64,000 nucleotides of DNA from Octopus vulgaris (lineage: Eukaryota): the NCBI GenBank assembly GCA_951406725.2, contig OX597819.1, forward strand, positions 104,222,001 to 104,286,000, read 5' to 3'. Below are positions 1 to 14,399 of this stretch, piece after piece. The translations under genes and the position numbers were made by a program. How positions within the stretch are numbered: the first letter of the stretch is position 1; the number at the start of each line of letters is the position of its first letter. The notes beneath the pieces were generated by a model. The model had not been told where the DNA came from and ran no database searches. It saw only the letters and a list, made by a program, of their open reading frames with translations.

Positions 1-1789
1 GAGTCTACAATCATCCCAGAAACCAGGGGATTGATCCTTATCGAGAAACAACCAGAATTTAAATAAGAATACTATTTGTATTACATTTTGAAATTCAGAA
101 AAGTCTTACATATTTTCATTGTTTCACTTACAATGTAAATGCGCAGAATATATATTAATTCCTTTTTTGCTTTTCCCTTCATTTTTTATAAACCTTTTTC
201 TGAATCACTTAGAACACACCCAAGTACCCCAATGGTTATGCTTATACAGCTATAGAATTGATAAGAAATTAAATGTGATCGGGAGGGATCTGTAATGATA
301 TAAAAGTTCTGTGAAGGTGAGAGTCACAGGATCATTCTGGAGCTGTGCTTTGTTGTGGGTTCAGAAGTAAAAGCAATGGGATTGGTAGTGCATGTGACAG
401 TAAAGACAATGTGAGGGTATTCGGCTTGGAGAAAATTGGAATAAAAGATCAGCTGGGGTGAAAAAAAAAGGGCAGTTTGGTGCTCTCAATGACGTTTCTA
501 TTGAGGCCCCGGAAGTAGCTGAAAAGATCGCCTGATCGGCACTTCCAGAGGTCAATGATCTGGAACATCTTTCTTCCGGCCATAACCAGCAATGCTGCCG
601 CAACACTATTATCTTACGATGGGTTGGTAGACAGTTGAGAGAAGAAAAAAATATTTAAAAAAAAGATAAAGGAAAAAGGCCCTAAACAGAAAATGTGTTC
701 CTCTCCCAAAAGGGAAAGTAAGTAGATCGGATGTGGTGAAGTCTATCTTCTTGAAATATTTAATGTTTACTGTACTTTGTAACGCAAACAACCAATCGAT
801 GGACAATCTGAATGATTACTCAGAAAATCTAGGAAGAAAACAAGTGCAGATTCGTGAGGTGTTGAGCTCCGATCATGTAAGCATGCAAAAGATAGACTGC
901 CGGTAAATACTACTTTACAGGTTATGTACTTCGACCACTAGGAGGACATAGCTATTTTTCATTCACTCTATCAGCTTGTACCACGCTTTCGCTAATTGTT
1001 GTAGGTGCCTACGTAGTCACGAGCAGATATAATCAGTCTTTCAGTCATCCCACCACTTGAGCTGGCGGATCACTGAGAATGTGAATGCTCTTCCAACTGT
1101 CGGTTGGTGCTCATGTACAACTCAGTATACTGGTATAACATGAAATGAAGTGGCTTGCTCAAGAACACAAGATATCACCTAGTCCAGAAATCAGACTTCA
1201 TGATCGCTAGCCCAACTTCATAACCATTTGCTCATACGCGTAGCCGTACTCTAGCCATAGATAAATGCGATCTTGTGTAATTGTCAGAAATTAAGAATCA
1301 TATCCTATATTATTGTTGGTCTTGATCGAAATTACATACGATTATAGCGGTATCTTTCCAAGCAGAGTTTACCCAGAATTAAATTATCCAATGTGTACAT
1401 ATGATGTGAAATTTGAGGGATATTTAGCTGCTAATTTCGTGGTAAAGATTATCAGAGATAAGTACGTTTAGTGGAATAAAGACTTCTACAATGTTAGCTG
1501 ATATTGAGAGAGAGAGAGAGAGAGAGTCCACTACTGGCGTTGCTACACCTTCACTGTTTGAAACCTCTGATACGTGGCATTTAGTGAATGAGGGAGTTTG
1601 AGGCTACTGCCGTCATCTGTCTCTTGCATACAACTTTATATCTATGCATGTATGAATGCATGAATGTATTTTTAAAAGTATTTTTGTATGTGTGCGTGTT
1701 CGTTTGTTTATATACATAGACATACACATGTACATACATAAATCCATCCATCCATCCATCTATACACACATTATTTAATAAACACAATA

Positions 1790-3720
1790 TATGTTTTCAT
1801 GTGCTAGTATTAGTTTCATGCGAGGAAAGCATGCCAGACAATATTTTTAACACGTCTGGTGTCTCAGCGCAATTCCATGCTCTGCCCACATGGTATAATA
1901 AGCTAAAATAGGACGATAGGATGAGAGAAAAAGCGAGATATGACGAAAAAGAAGTAGATGTAAAAGATGGTAAGTTGAAAAACCGGAAAACGACCCCCAC
2001 CCCCATAAATTACAATGCTTAGATAAACGGGAAGCGTTTATTACTTTAAAAGACCATAAACCTAATTTTCGTAATAAACTTACTTGTAGATTGTTAAACC
2101 CACCGAGGAATAAAATCGGGCTAGTAGCTAAAAAAATACTATGAAACATTAATAATAAAATGAGAGAGACCACTAGGCTACAACAATGGAATAGCAGTTT
2201 TACTGTAATAGAGTGTTTCAAGGACATTACGAATAAGTATAGGCCTCGATTTACATTATAGATTATCCCTTCATATCGAGATTGCTACTTGATCATATGT
2301 TGATATAGACCCTGTAGACCAGGACTTTATTATGCATGCGAGGAAAACACTTCTGTTTAGTAAGGGCTCAGCATGGGTAAGAAAGTCCGGTAATGATGAA
2401 TTGTTTGATGCTTCTCTGGAATGACACGATAGTGTTGACATCTGCGATATTGTGGGTCTCCTTGTATTAAAGACATGGAAATCAAAGTACCCATCTCAGG
2501 GCGTTGGTCTATACCGAGATGACTGATCGAATATTTCCCATGGTGGGCACATCCTAGATAAATTTAGGAAACCTTCAGTCAATTAGGCCTTAAAATCACA
2601 GTCGCTATTAATCTATCTAAAGTTGATGTTTTAGATGTTTCCTTAGACCTAAACTCTTCTTCTTATAAACCTTAGCATAAGCCCAACGAGTAACTTTCCT
2701 ATATACATAAACAGTCTTGTCCCTCCGCTGTAGTATACTCGATAGCTAACATTAGTAACAAAGTATTTAACCTTTCTTCCTCTAAAGAAATTTGCGAGAA
2801 GGCAGCGCCCTATTACAGCACAATACCCTAGCCAATAGTGGCTTTAAGGATAAATTAATATATAAACCATCCAGTAATTATAGGAATAATAATAATAGAC
2901 CTAAAAATAGACCTAGGAAAATAATTTGGCTCCTCCACTTTTCCCTTAACGTATAAATTAACGTAGGTAAAGATTCCTGTCTCTCTTAGACAAACATATT
3001 CCAAAATATCCCAGGTACAAGAAAATATGTAACAAGCGGTCAGTGAAATTATCATATAGCTACTGCTCCAATATGAAAAACATCATTAGTCGGGAACAAC
3101 ACCAAGATCCCACTGCCAGTTGTAATGTCGAGACCCAGGAACCTGTCCATTGGACTAGGGACGTATGATTAAATCTTCCATATATGAGGCAGAAGTTACA
3201 GCAACGTTAGATGATGACACAACAGGTAAGAAGAGTTATATCGGACTATGTGAAGGCGAATTCAAAAATCGTTATGCTAATCACATATCTTCCTTCTGAC
3301 ACAGGGACAAAAGTAAAGCTACCAAGATGGCTAACCACGTACGGGTTTCGAAATCGAATCACATACGATAAAGTAGACAATAATCGAAAAATCCGCACCA
3401 TATGTTAACGAATCTAAAAAAATGTAAGCTATGCGTCACTAAAAGAACTCAGAGCCTTTTCAGATCTAAAAACTCTAATACACTGCTGAATTCTAGATCC
3501 GAAATTTTCAGTGGTTGTAAGCATATGACAAAGTTCCTGTTGACGAAATAGAAAGTATCATCCTCTCCAGATTAAGCAGCTATACCACAGACTCGAGGCC
3601 ATTATTTTTTTGCCTTATATTTTACGGTCTAAGGAGAAATAACTCCTCCTCCCCACTTTTGGTGCTTTTTCGTTTTCCGGTTTTTCAACCTTCTACTGTT
3701 TCTTCCCACAGATGAACCTA
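1790..3720 (+). mobile_element. Decayed Penelope-like retroelement (Naiad-like), 5'-truncated, RT + C-terminal GIY-YIG endonuclease, with inverted 3'-end copy at the 5' side
   Basis: Manual translation across stops/frameshifts: [23 protein letters not shown] from 2034; FDASLE*HDSVDICDIVGLLVL near 2404; GLYRDD at 2506-2523; [21 protein letters not shown] at 3234-3296; LLNSRSEIFSGCKHMTKFLLTK* ending 3551. A 20-bp perfect inverted match links 1974-1993 and 3670-3689. Confidence 0.85.
1800..1840 (-). ncRNA. Degenerate hammerhead ribozyme remnant in the inverted arm of the PLE
   Basis: Minus strand UGU-CUGGC-AUGC-UUUCCUC-GCAU-GAAAC-UAAUACUA-GC-ACA. Stem II, GAAAC, a near-palindromic stem III loop and stem I are present; the CUGANGA core and cleavage triplet are damaged. 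Confidence 0.35.
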
Positions 3721-4334
3721 ATTGTGGAAATGCATGCGTTCAGTGTTCGTAGTCAGTTTAATCACCGTCGCTGGTGGACAGTAGAAATAAATAGATAGAA
3801 AAAGTCCTTTCATTTTTATAAAAAGATTTTAAAAGTATGGAAGACCCTACATGCAATTTACGCGGGAGCTCTGGGAGAAAATGTTATAGTGCATGACCAT
3901 CCTGGGGACATAAGTAATGTGCGTAAAGCTTGGTGAAAATCGGCTGAGAATTGTGGAAATGTATGCATTAGTCATTATGCACACACATACTGTGATTTAT
4001 ATATATACTATATATATATATGTATATAAGAACAAAGATATGACACTGAAAAAACAAAGGTAATGTAATGAAATTCATTAGGTTAAAGTTTTATAGCAGA
4101 AAAGATAAATCCAGCGACAATTGTGTAAATACTATAGGCAGTGAGCATGCTTCACCGGCCAACTACTAGGTACATACTCAATGCTTAAACAATTAATGTA
4201 TGTATATATATATACACACACATATATACATATATATATATTTATATATTTGAATGTATGTTATATATTTGAATGTATGTTTGTATATACGTATGGATGT
4301 ATATATATGTATGTGTGTGTCCATATATATATTT

Positions 4335-4388
<54 letters not shown>

Positions 4389-5839
4389 AATGTAATCATG
4401 ACTGTAACTTGCCTAAACGAGTGTGTTTTATAAAATATATAACATGATATATTTCTTGTATTTATAAATAATATTTCGTGAATTGTATACCCCACATTGC
4501 CCTATCATGTGGTTTCATGCCTTAGAGCATTAGATGCGAGATTTACAAGTGAAGCGTAGGATCTGCAACTGAGCCCGAACTTTGATCACACGTAGCACTT
4601 CAACGATGCTTATTTACCTATCCATTATGATATTTCGAACGCGACATCTTTTTACTGCGAGCTGCTAAAGATTCAAAGCAGTATTCGTGAGCTGAAGTCA
4701 AACTCTTCATGTCTTCATTTTTCGTCATCTAAAGTCAATTTGAGAGTGGTCGTACACTGTAAGCACGAAGCAAATACATTCCTTTAACTATAATTTTTCA
4801 AGTAGTTATTATATTGCTATTTTTGAACGCACCAATCATACGTCAGTCCGAAAAATAGCTCCCTTTGCTGATGAATAAAATAAACTCGCAGAGAGGACGT
4901 TTCAACGTCTTCCTTCAATTTCCTTACACCATTTATGTAGCTGTTTCTGACAAGAAATTTCGCATTCATGTAGAACAACTATATTTTGTAGTCATTATCC
5001 GCAATCTTCTCCCCAAACACTTCAGTAGCTCTGCTTTGCATCGCTTGCAAGCAACGATCTCCACAATAACCAGCCTTCAGTTTAGTTTTCTTTTCCTCGG
5101 TTAATCGGAAACATATATTACCGTGTTACAAATATAAACCTCTCGGTAGTTCAATTATTTGGTGGAAAAAAATACCAGCAAAGCAACTTAAACCGTCCAA
5201 AGGACGGGTGCGTTTGTTAATATATATATACATGCGTATGTATGTGTGTGTGTGTATACACATATGTATATATATATATATATGTTTGTATATATACACA
5301 TACATACATATATGCGTGTATATATATATATATATGCACTTTACCTTTCGTCCTTTTGTGGTGAGTAAAAAATTACCATTCCGTGACAGTAAATTAGACG
5401 GACTGAAAGAGAGTCGTACAAGACACTTTGTGGCATTTGTTGCGGTTCTTTGCGTTCTGAATTCAAATTCTGCCGTGGTCTTTTGGGTGCACAACTTTAT
5501 CCACTACTCGGTTTAACGCTACCAGCTGGCATTTCGAATTTCTTTAGTTGAATCCTGACTTCTGTTACGAACGTTCGGGCAGGGCAAGACACTCAGTTTA
5601 TGCATACCTTGATTTTTACTCTCAACATCAGTGTCGGCTGCCCAGTAGACGATTATGGGCATTAAATTTTCTCTTAATCATGGAAAGTTAATTCTCATAA
5701 TTAAAGGAAAAATAACTTTGACCTTTGTTTTCAGAAAACAGAAGACAACTAAGAATATGTTTCTGTCAACTAGACATCACCAGCTTAGAATTTACCCAAG
5801 CTTGTATGATCAGATAAACGAACGTTTACACACACAGAG

Positions 5840-6084
5840 GTGATGATGATATTGATGCTGATAGTAGGGTGGCGGTTATGTTGGTGAATGGTGATGGTGG
5901 TGGTGATGGCAGTAGTAATTGTAAGTGTTGGGGATGATAGTGATGGTGAAGGTGGTGATGATGGTAGCGGTGGTGGTGATGGTAGTGGTTGGTGTTCTGG
6001 TGGTAGCGGTGGTCATACTGGGTCATGATAGGTGATAGTGGAGGTTCTTGGTGAAATCATAATGATGATAACGATGATGTTGAA

Positions 6085-6124
<40 letters not shown>

Positions 6125-6693
6125 ATGAAGAGGAGAACATTAATGGTGATAATGATCATAATCCTGACGTTCATGATAACAGTGATGTTAACTGTGGTGG
6201 TGGCCATTTTAATGATACTGAATGTGATCCTGTTGTCAATGCTGCTGCTGATGGTTGTGGTTGTCGTGGTTATGGTAGTAGCAACAGCAGCAGCAGCAGT
6301 AGTAGTAGCTGTTGCATTAGTAGCAATCGGGGTTTTGGTGGTGTTAGTTGTGGGGGAGATGGTTGACGTGGTAGCTTTATTATTATTATTAGTGGCAGTA
6401 GCAGTGGTAGCAGTTGCAGTAAAAGTAGTAGTAGAAGTAGAGGTAGACATAGCATTAGTAGAAGTAGTAGTAGCAGAAGTAGTACTAGCAGAAGTAATAG
6501 TAGACATAGCTTAAGTAGAAATAGCAGTAGCCGTGGTAGTAGTAGTAGTAGCTGAAGTAGTCGTAATAGTAGTAGTAGATAAAGTAGTAGCAGTAGTAGT
6601 AGGTGAAGTAGTAGTAATAGTAGTAGTAGATAAAGTAGTAGCAGTAGTAGTAGCTAAAGTAGTTGTAGTTGTTGTAATAATAGCTAAAGTAGA

Positions 6694-6753
<60 letters not shown>

Positions 6754-6794
6754 TGTTGTAATAATAGCTAAAGTAGAAGTAGTAGTAACAGAAA

Positions 6795-6851
<57 letters not shown>

Positions 6852-7100
6852 CTACATCAGCAGGAGCAATAATATTTGTAGTAATTGTGAGGGTAGTGGT
6901 AGTGGCGGCGGTGGTGTTTTAAAGAGTGATAATTGTTGTTTGAGCGATGGTGCTGACGACAATGATGAGCATGTTGGTGATGATGAGATGATGATGTTGA
7001 CGAAGACCATGATGATGATTATGATGATTGTTATTGCATTGATGATAGTGTCAGAGGTGTAGGCGGTGATGGCGGTAACGGCGGCGGCAGCGGCTGAGCG
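5840..7100. repeat. Trinucleotide low-complexity tract (GAT/GGT/GTA/GCA) with higher-order repeats
   Basis: Long (GTA)n runs and repeated gtagtagataaagtagtagcagtag units; the poly-V/poly-T ORFs arise from it. Confidence 0.9.
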
Positions 7101-7489
7101 GCAGCAGAGTTGAGTGTGTGAGAGAGGTCACGGTAGCGGTGAGGGGGTTAAGACGGTACAAGACTGGAGTTTCTCCTCTGATCTTTCAACATGATAAAGA
7201 GGTTTCGGTAAAAAGAAGGCGAAAGGAGGAAGGGGTTTCATGCAGCGAATGCGTGAGTGTGGGGGGAGTAGAAGAGGGTAAGGGGAGAGGTGAGAATTTG
7301 AATGTAACATTTAAAATTGAAAAGTGTAAAGTGACAAGTGAAAAATGATTTTTTTTTAGCATTTATTTTTATTTATGTGTTAGCTGTTGTTATTGGTTTA
7401 TTGTTTTGTTGGTTTTTTAAAATTAATTTTACTTAATTTTACAGAAATCTATGAAAGGCAAACACTCAAATAATAATAATAATAACAAC

Positions 7490-7508
7490 AACAATAATGA
7501 TATATAAC

Positions 7509-7540
<32 letters not shown>

Positions 7541-7807
7541 AAAATAATATTATCAATAATAATAATTATAATAATGATGATAATTATAAGAACGTTAGCA
7601 CGAGCGATGGAAGAGCAGCAACGACGATAAACAATAACAATAATAACGAAAATAACTAAATAAAGTAATAAAGATAAATACATCAACAACCATATGAACA
7701 ACAACAACCAAAGCATATATGCGCACAACAACAATAAAAAAAATATTCATAACAATAATAAAGTATAAAATATATTCATCATCATCAACAACAATAGTAA
7801 TAATAGC

Positions 7808-7887
<80 letters not shown>

Positions 7888-7905
7888 CAACAACAACAAC
7901 AACAA
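7490..7905. repeat. (AAT)n/(GAT)n/(AAC)n microsatellites
   Basis: Direct observation. Confidence 0.9.
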
Positions 7906-8176
7906 CGAAGAACTGGAAATCTTAATTGAATTTTGAATTTGATTTTAAATGTTTAAAATAAATAAATAAAATGGAATAAAAACAGAAGAAAAATGAAAAT
8001 GTAAGAAAATGGAAGACAGAACAGAAACACCGTGCGAATTTCATTAGGAAAATGGCGAATGTTTCATTGATAGATTTTTAACATTAATTATTCAATAATT
8101 TTCACTGGAATTCAAAGACTTTTATGTTTTGTTGTATTTGTTTTGTTCATTAGTTCGTTTTTGTTTTATTTTAATC

Positions 8177-8216
<40 letters not shown>

Positions 8217-8519
8217 ATGTATATGTGCATTTTCATTTCCAGAATGTTCATTTATTTATATATATGGTTATTTGTTTTGTTTCCTTTCGTTTCCTATCGT
8301 TTTTTTTTTGTGGGATTCGTTGCTGTCCTTTCTCTCTTTCTCACTCTGTCTCTTTGTCTCTTTCCCTTTTCCCTCCATCTCTCCCGCTTCATCTTTTTTC
8401 CAAGTTATTTATTGATAAGGACTTTCCAAATCCTTTACTGTTTCATCGTTGCTAATTTCTCACAAGTTGCCAATCATCAAACTAACTGCAAAAGACGCTT
8501 TAGCATGGCTGTTTACGTT

Positions 8520-8830
<311 letters not shown>

Positions 8831-8918
8831 TGGTTTAAGAAATGCACCAATAGTTTCCTTTCCTGTCTTGAAACAAAAATTAAGTACAATTCAGAGAACA
8901 AGCATTAAAGCGTTTAGA

Positions 8919-9085
8919 GTTAACAGGAATGTTCAAGGCTAATGAAATTGTTCATTGTTAACGATATTATTTTAGATCTACAAAAATGTTCAACGGTAAA
9001 CAAGCTTAAAAGTATTCACGGTTAACAAGGTTGTTCAAAGTTGATGACAATGTTCAAGGTTAACGTAATATGTTGAAGGTTACCA
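8919..9085 (+). repeat. Degenerate ~19-bp minisatellite, about 8 units
   Basis: Units such as gttaacaggaatgttcaag, gctaatgaaattgttcatt, gttaacgatattattttag, gttgatgacaatgttcaag, gttaacgtaatatgttgaag. Confidence 0.7.
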
Positions 9086-9179
9086 AATAAGATAATGTAT
9101 GAGAATGCCCCAACAACGTTTACAAATCCTAGTCTGGCTGTGTTCTAGAATGGGTCTACGTCTGTCATTCCAAGAGATT

Positions 9180-9700
9180 TGTCAGTATCTTAACAGAAAT
9201 GGTTGTGTGCCCTCCCTATTATGTTTGTTATAAATAGGAGAATCGAAATATTCCTTAATTGTAGTTATGCTTTTTAATTCAAAAGCAATATTGGTATACT
9301 TCCTAACTTTTTTTTGTTCGCTTCTACACATCATTACAGTAATTAAATTTTGATATATCAATAATTTATACGCCTTTATAATTTTCGGCATAGAGAATGA
9401 TGTCAGGTGTGTTATGTGCTATCCACAGGTCGGCTTACGTACATAATTTCTATAATAGTTTAACATTATCTTCTACGATAGATGGTGCTCCATACGAGTT
9501 GAAATTCAATGGCAGGAGTTATGTGACTCAGCTTTGCTACGTCACGATATCTTCAAGTTATACTTTTTTAGAGCTCGTGTATGTGTGACATCTCCACACC
9601 ATGTGAACTACTGTTCCATTATTGACGGCAAGTGTCACACGCGTGACGTTGATATTCATATCGTAAGGTGTGAATATTCCTTTCAATATATTTAGTAGCC
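9180..9700 (-). mobile_element. Possible old non-LTR retrotransposon fragment (REL-endonuclease-like)
   Basis: EQKKVRKYTNIAFELKSI resembles the EEEKINNYDDLK segment of the R4/Dong copy at 23052-23399; weak. Confidence 0.3.
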
Positions 9701-9704
9701 ATTT

Positions 9705-9895
9705 AAGGTGGCGAGCTGGTAGAGTCGTTAGCACGCCGGACAGCCTGCATATCGGCATTTTATCTGTTTTTACGTTCTCAGTTCATATTCCTTGGAGATC
9801 GGCTCCATTCCTAGTTAAGAATTGGGCCAATGTTTTTGACCAGCCCTATGAATAGATGGCATTGCCCCTAAACTAGAAACGTCATTATTATTATA
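9705..9895 (+). mobile_element. tRNA-derived SINE, family A (diverged)
   Basis: Head ggtggcgagctggtagagtcgttagcacgccgg...acgttctcagttca matches the copy at 11703-11934; ends in (TTA)n. Confidence 0.7.
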
Positions 9896-11088
9896 ATTAT
9901 TTATCGTCGTCATGGTCGTGGTCCTCCTGCTCCTGCTGCTCCTCCTGCACCTGCTCCTGCTGCTCCTCCTGCTGCTCCTGCTCCTGCTCCTGTTCCTCCT
10001 CCTCCTCCTCATAATCATCATCATTATCATCCCCGTCATCACCACCATCATAATCATCATGAAACCAAGCAGATGAAAGTATGTTGAAACATGTACTGAG
10101 TTCCAGTAAAGAACACGGATTTTGAAGATGATTTTAAAAATGACGGTGATGAAATATAAGGAACATAAAAGAAGAATAAAGAAGAAGATAATATGGGGAT
10201 CAGCATCGAATAAAGAAGTTATCTATGAAACAGAGGGTGAAAAGCTTATTTCTAGTAAAAGATATGCTTTGAAGAGTGCTGTAGTTCAAAATGGGAAATG
10301 CAGGAGCATTAGAGCTTAAAACATGGGGCGGAAATATGATGGGAATCAGAGAAAGGAAGTGAAGTATCGGCAGTTAAAAGAGTTTGTGGAAATGTCATAA
10401 AATAGTTTTATGCGGTTCATCGACTGGTTTGTTTGGGTCTGTTTTGCCACATTACTCTCCCCACAACTCAAGTCTTAGTCAATGCTAAGTCTATGAGAGT
10501 GTTAGAATATTTCAAGTTCTGCGTAGAAGAGCTATAGGTTTGTGCTGTGCTGCGGATGAGAGAGATAAAACTTTTTGGTAGCCCCTGGATAAAGTCTGAT
10601 CAATCGCACGTTAACATTCCCATAAGATGATCGTAGTACATCGTTGGATGATCGAAGTACACGCGCTGGATTTGAATACGCGTCTATTAGAATGTAGAAA
10701 ATGTATAATATCTTCAATCATCTCATCTCAGTATTAAGTTTCAAGGATCTCAGTTCAAACCTAACCGTGGACAACTTCTCTTTTTATTGACACGCGGGCC
10801 AATAAAATAATTAACAAGCTAGAAGCGGAATTTATCCATCAAAAACATTCCCCGCTGAAACTTTATGGCAGAATGCCAATGTTACAATTCAATATTCTGG
10901 TCATTGTTGGATTTATCACAGAAAGACTTGTCTTGGAGATGCTACTGTTTGTATTCTTATCATCTTATGTTTTGCTTTGTTTTTATATGATTGTTACTAT
11001 ATCTAAGATCTACACATACATACATACATACATACATACATACATACATACATACATACATACATACATACATACATTCATACAGAAA

Positions 11089-11126
<38 letters not shown>

Positions 11127-11515
11127 AAGGAAGAAGGGAATTAGAACGAGGAAGAGTGATAAATTGTTATATATCTTCCTCATTTAGAGAAAAAATATTG
11201 TTATATTTCTGTCTTCAGGACATCAATTACATTCAAAATGGCTACAGTGCTGATAGTGGTAGCTTCAGTAGTGGCGGTGGGAGGTAATTCTCCTTTTACG
11301 TCACTCTTTTATTCAATTCTCCGGTGCCCTGCGCGAGTCTGTTCCTCATTGAAGTGCTGTATGGTCGAAGTCACGGTCTTCATCGACAGCCGATGGTTGA
11401 AAGTGATTTCTTTGAAAAGGGTCCATATTTAGAGCGACAGTGTATGTGTGAATGAATGATATGATAGTATGTGTGTGTCTATATTACCTATATGTGTGCG
11501 TTACATATAGATAGT

Positions 11516-11934
11516 TTTTATTTCTTTAATGCCCAAGGAAGGCTAAACATAGAGGGGTCAAACAAGGACAGACAAAGAGATTAAGTCGATTACATAGACC
11601 CCAGTGCGTAACTGGTACTTATTTAATCGACCCCGAAAGGATGAAAGGCGAAGTCGATCTCAGCGGAATTTGAACTCAGAACGTAACGGCAGACGAAATA
11701 CCTATTTCATTACTGCCCACAAGGGGCTAAACACATAGGGGACAAACAAGGACAGACAAACGGATTATGTCGATTATATCGACCCCAGTGCGTAACTGGT
11801 ACCTATTTAATCGACCCCGGAAGGATGGAAGGCAAAGTCAACCTCAGCGGAATTTGAACTCAGAACGTAGCGGTAGACGAAATACCGCTAAGCATTTCGC
11901 CCGGCGTGCTAACGATTCTGCCAGCTCGCCGCCC
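11516..11934 (-). mobile_element. Family A SINE tandem: a full copy (11703-11934) plus a 5'-truncated copy (11516-11702)
   Basis: Minus-strand head ggcggcgagctggcagaatcgttagc, B-box-like gagttcaaattcc, central gcctttcatcc...ggggtcgat..aagtaccag block (Deu/Nin-domain-like). About 185 bp directly duplicated. Confidence 0.9.
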
Positions 11935-12059
11935 TACACATAGATAATATTGACGTGAAGGCAATGTACTTCAGCCGTCATTTCACTTGTCATTTGAGCC
12001 CCATAGATGAATGTCGATTTGCGTTTTACTATATTATGCTATTCCATTGAGTGTAGCCA

Positions 12060-12212
12060 CAGATCTGTTGTCGATTAAATCGAACCTAGGAATAGATTGG
12101 TACTTCATTTTATCAACCTCCATAAGGATGAAACGCAATGTCAACCTCAGAAGGTTTTGAACTTAGAATGTAAGGGTATTGCATCCAATGTTTTAACGAT
12201 TCTTCCAATCCA
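12060..12212 (-). mobile_element. Family A SINE, degenerate
   Basis: Recognisable gtcgatt..atcga..tggtactt..tttatc..aggatgaaa.gcaa.gtcaacct..tttgaact.agaa.gtaa blocks. Confidence 0.65.
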
Positions 12213-13073
12213 GAGTTTTAATAATCCTATTCACTGAGTCCGATAGTACTGTTATACAAAAGCAAAAGCAAAAGCAGCAGCAGCAGCAACAGCAACAACA
12301 GCAACATCAACAAGAACAAGATCATATCGATTCAAAATTACCTACAAAATTATCTCCCGCCCTTGCTAATCGGAAGAATTAACAATTCCACTAGCACCAC
12401 TGTCACCACCATTACACTTATGACCACCACTAACATTTCCAGCATTACTTCAGCCATCACTATCACCCCATCCACACCATCTTTACCATTTTCAGTACCT
12501 TCACCATCATCGCAACTGTTGCCAACAAGGGAGCCTCTAACTGTTATCTCTAGATCCTAGAAATAGCAGCTAAATCTCCTCAAAATTACAGCCTGCCGTC
12601 TTAACATAAGGCACGTTGGATAATGTGGCCTTACTTCCTTGCACATAGGAAAAAGATATAATTGGCTTTGATCATAGGTCTGTACAATTAGGTATTTTGG
12701 TATGGGGGGATGAACAGCAGCATCAACCTCACCACCAGCAACAACAGCAAAAAACAATACCACCACCAACAACAATAACACTGCCACAAGGACACACCAA
12801 TATCACCATCAATACTACTACTACTATCACCACCACCACCACCACCATCAACAACACTACCACAAGATCGTGGTGACGATGATGACGACGACCATCACAA
12901 CTACAACCACTTCCACGACTGCCATGATCTCCACTACTACCACCACAAATGTCATCAACAATAAAATCAGCAATAACAATAATAATGTTCTATATTTAAG
13001 AGATGAGGAATTATGTACATTATTTACATTATTTACAATTGACGGATATTTGTCCTCATCTTGTTTGTTGTTA

Positions 13074-13118
13074 ACACAAATTTTTCGGCTGATATACTCT
13101 CCAGCCTTCATCAGGTGT
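13074..13118 (-). ncRNA. Minimal type I hammerhead ribozyme motif (core intact, stem III mutated)
   Basis: ACAC-CUGAUGA-A-GGCUG-N10-CAGCC-GAAAAAUUU-GUGU. Confidence 0.6.
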
Positions 13119-13276
13119 ATTGGGGGAAATTTCGAACCTGGGTTCTCATTCCTAAGGTATTCCGAGTTCAATTCCAGGCAGTGACCTGAGTAATAATAAG
13201 CTCACGGGCATATGGCGTAGTGGCTAAGAGCGTGGGCTACTAGCCCCAAGATTCCGAGTTCAATTCCAGACAGTAA

Positions 13277-13450
<174 letters not shown>

Positions 13451-13532
13451 TAATAATAATAATAATGATGATAATAATAATAATATCGAAAAATACCTTA
13501 GGAATGAGAACCCAGGTTCGAAATTTCCCCAA

Positions 13533-13578
13533 GACACCCTATGAAGGCTGGAGGGTACATCAGCCGAAACGTTGTGTT
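13533..13578 (+). ncRNA. Minimal type I hammerhead ribozyme motif (stem III intact, core mutated)
   Basis: GACAC-CCUAUGA-A-GGCUG-N10-CAGCC-GAAAC-GUU-GUGUU, with palindromic AACGUU. Confidence 0.6.
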
Positions 13579-14242
13579 AACAACAAACAATATGAGGACA
13601 AATATTCGTCAATTGTAAATGATGTAAATAATGAACAATAATACTACTCTGCTACACCAATAACAATATCTACATCAACATCATTAATGACTCTTACATT
13701 ACCACATCAACACACTACCACAACACAACACAACACCACAACAAGAATATATCAACAACACTATTACCATATAAACAGCATTATCACGCTAACATCAACA
13801 ATAACATACAACTGAAATTATCTCATCATCATCACTATCAACAATACTACTACGCCATCGCAACTATATTAACATTAACGCAACATTGTTATCACCACCA
13901 ACATGAGTGATTACCGTTAACACAACGCCAATATTACCATCATTATCACTAACTTACCACAGCAACGACGACACCACACCACGATTCCCACCGTCCCTAC
14001 TACCATTACCAATACTACCAACACTTCCAGTACCATCTGTGCAACTAGCATAACCACTACCACCAATATGACCACCACCCCCAACATCACGAGTGGTACC
14101 AATATCACAATCACTTACCACCTATTTCACAACTAACATTAGCAGTACTATTATCACTATTACCATCACCATCAGGAACATTACCAACATCACTACCATC
14201 ATTACCACTGCTACCGCTGACTCAACCACCACCACCACTACC

Positions 14243-14273
<31 letters not shown>

Positions 14274-14399
14274 GCAACAACAACAACAAAAACAACAAAC
14301 GTCAACGACATAACTATAAAACAAAAGATATGACTGATTGAAGACTTTCATTCCGGGTAAATGGTATCAGATGATAACTGGTGGTGTTGTTATAGTGGG

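Noticed and set aside
60-900. Complex sequence possibly coding (also 4540-5100, 10090-10530, 28900-29400)
   Set aside because: No recognisable protein motif in any frame; probably old TE remnants but unsupported without a database search.
2524-2526. In-frame TGA after YRDD as selenocysteine (reported for some Naiad PLEs)
   Set aside because: The position normally encodes Gly (GGA to TGA is one change), and the copy has many other stops and frameshifts; no SECIS could be identified by eye.
6013-6922. Mucin-like Thr-rich or Val-rich ORFs
   Set aside because: Trinucleotide microsatellite mosaics with no splice or domain evidence; the same applies to the Gly/Ser ORF at 15067 and the Pro-rich ORFs at 54391-54842.
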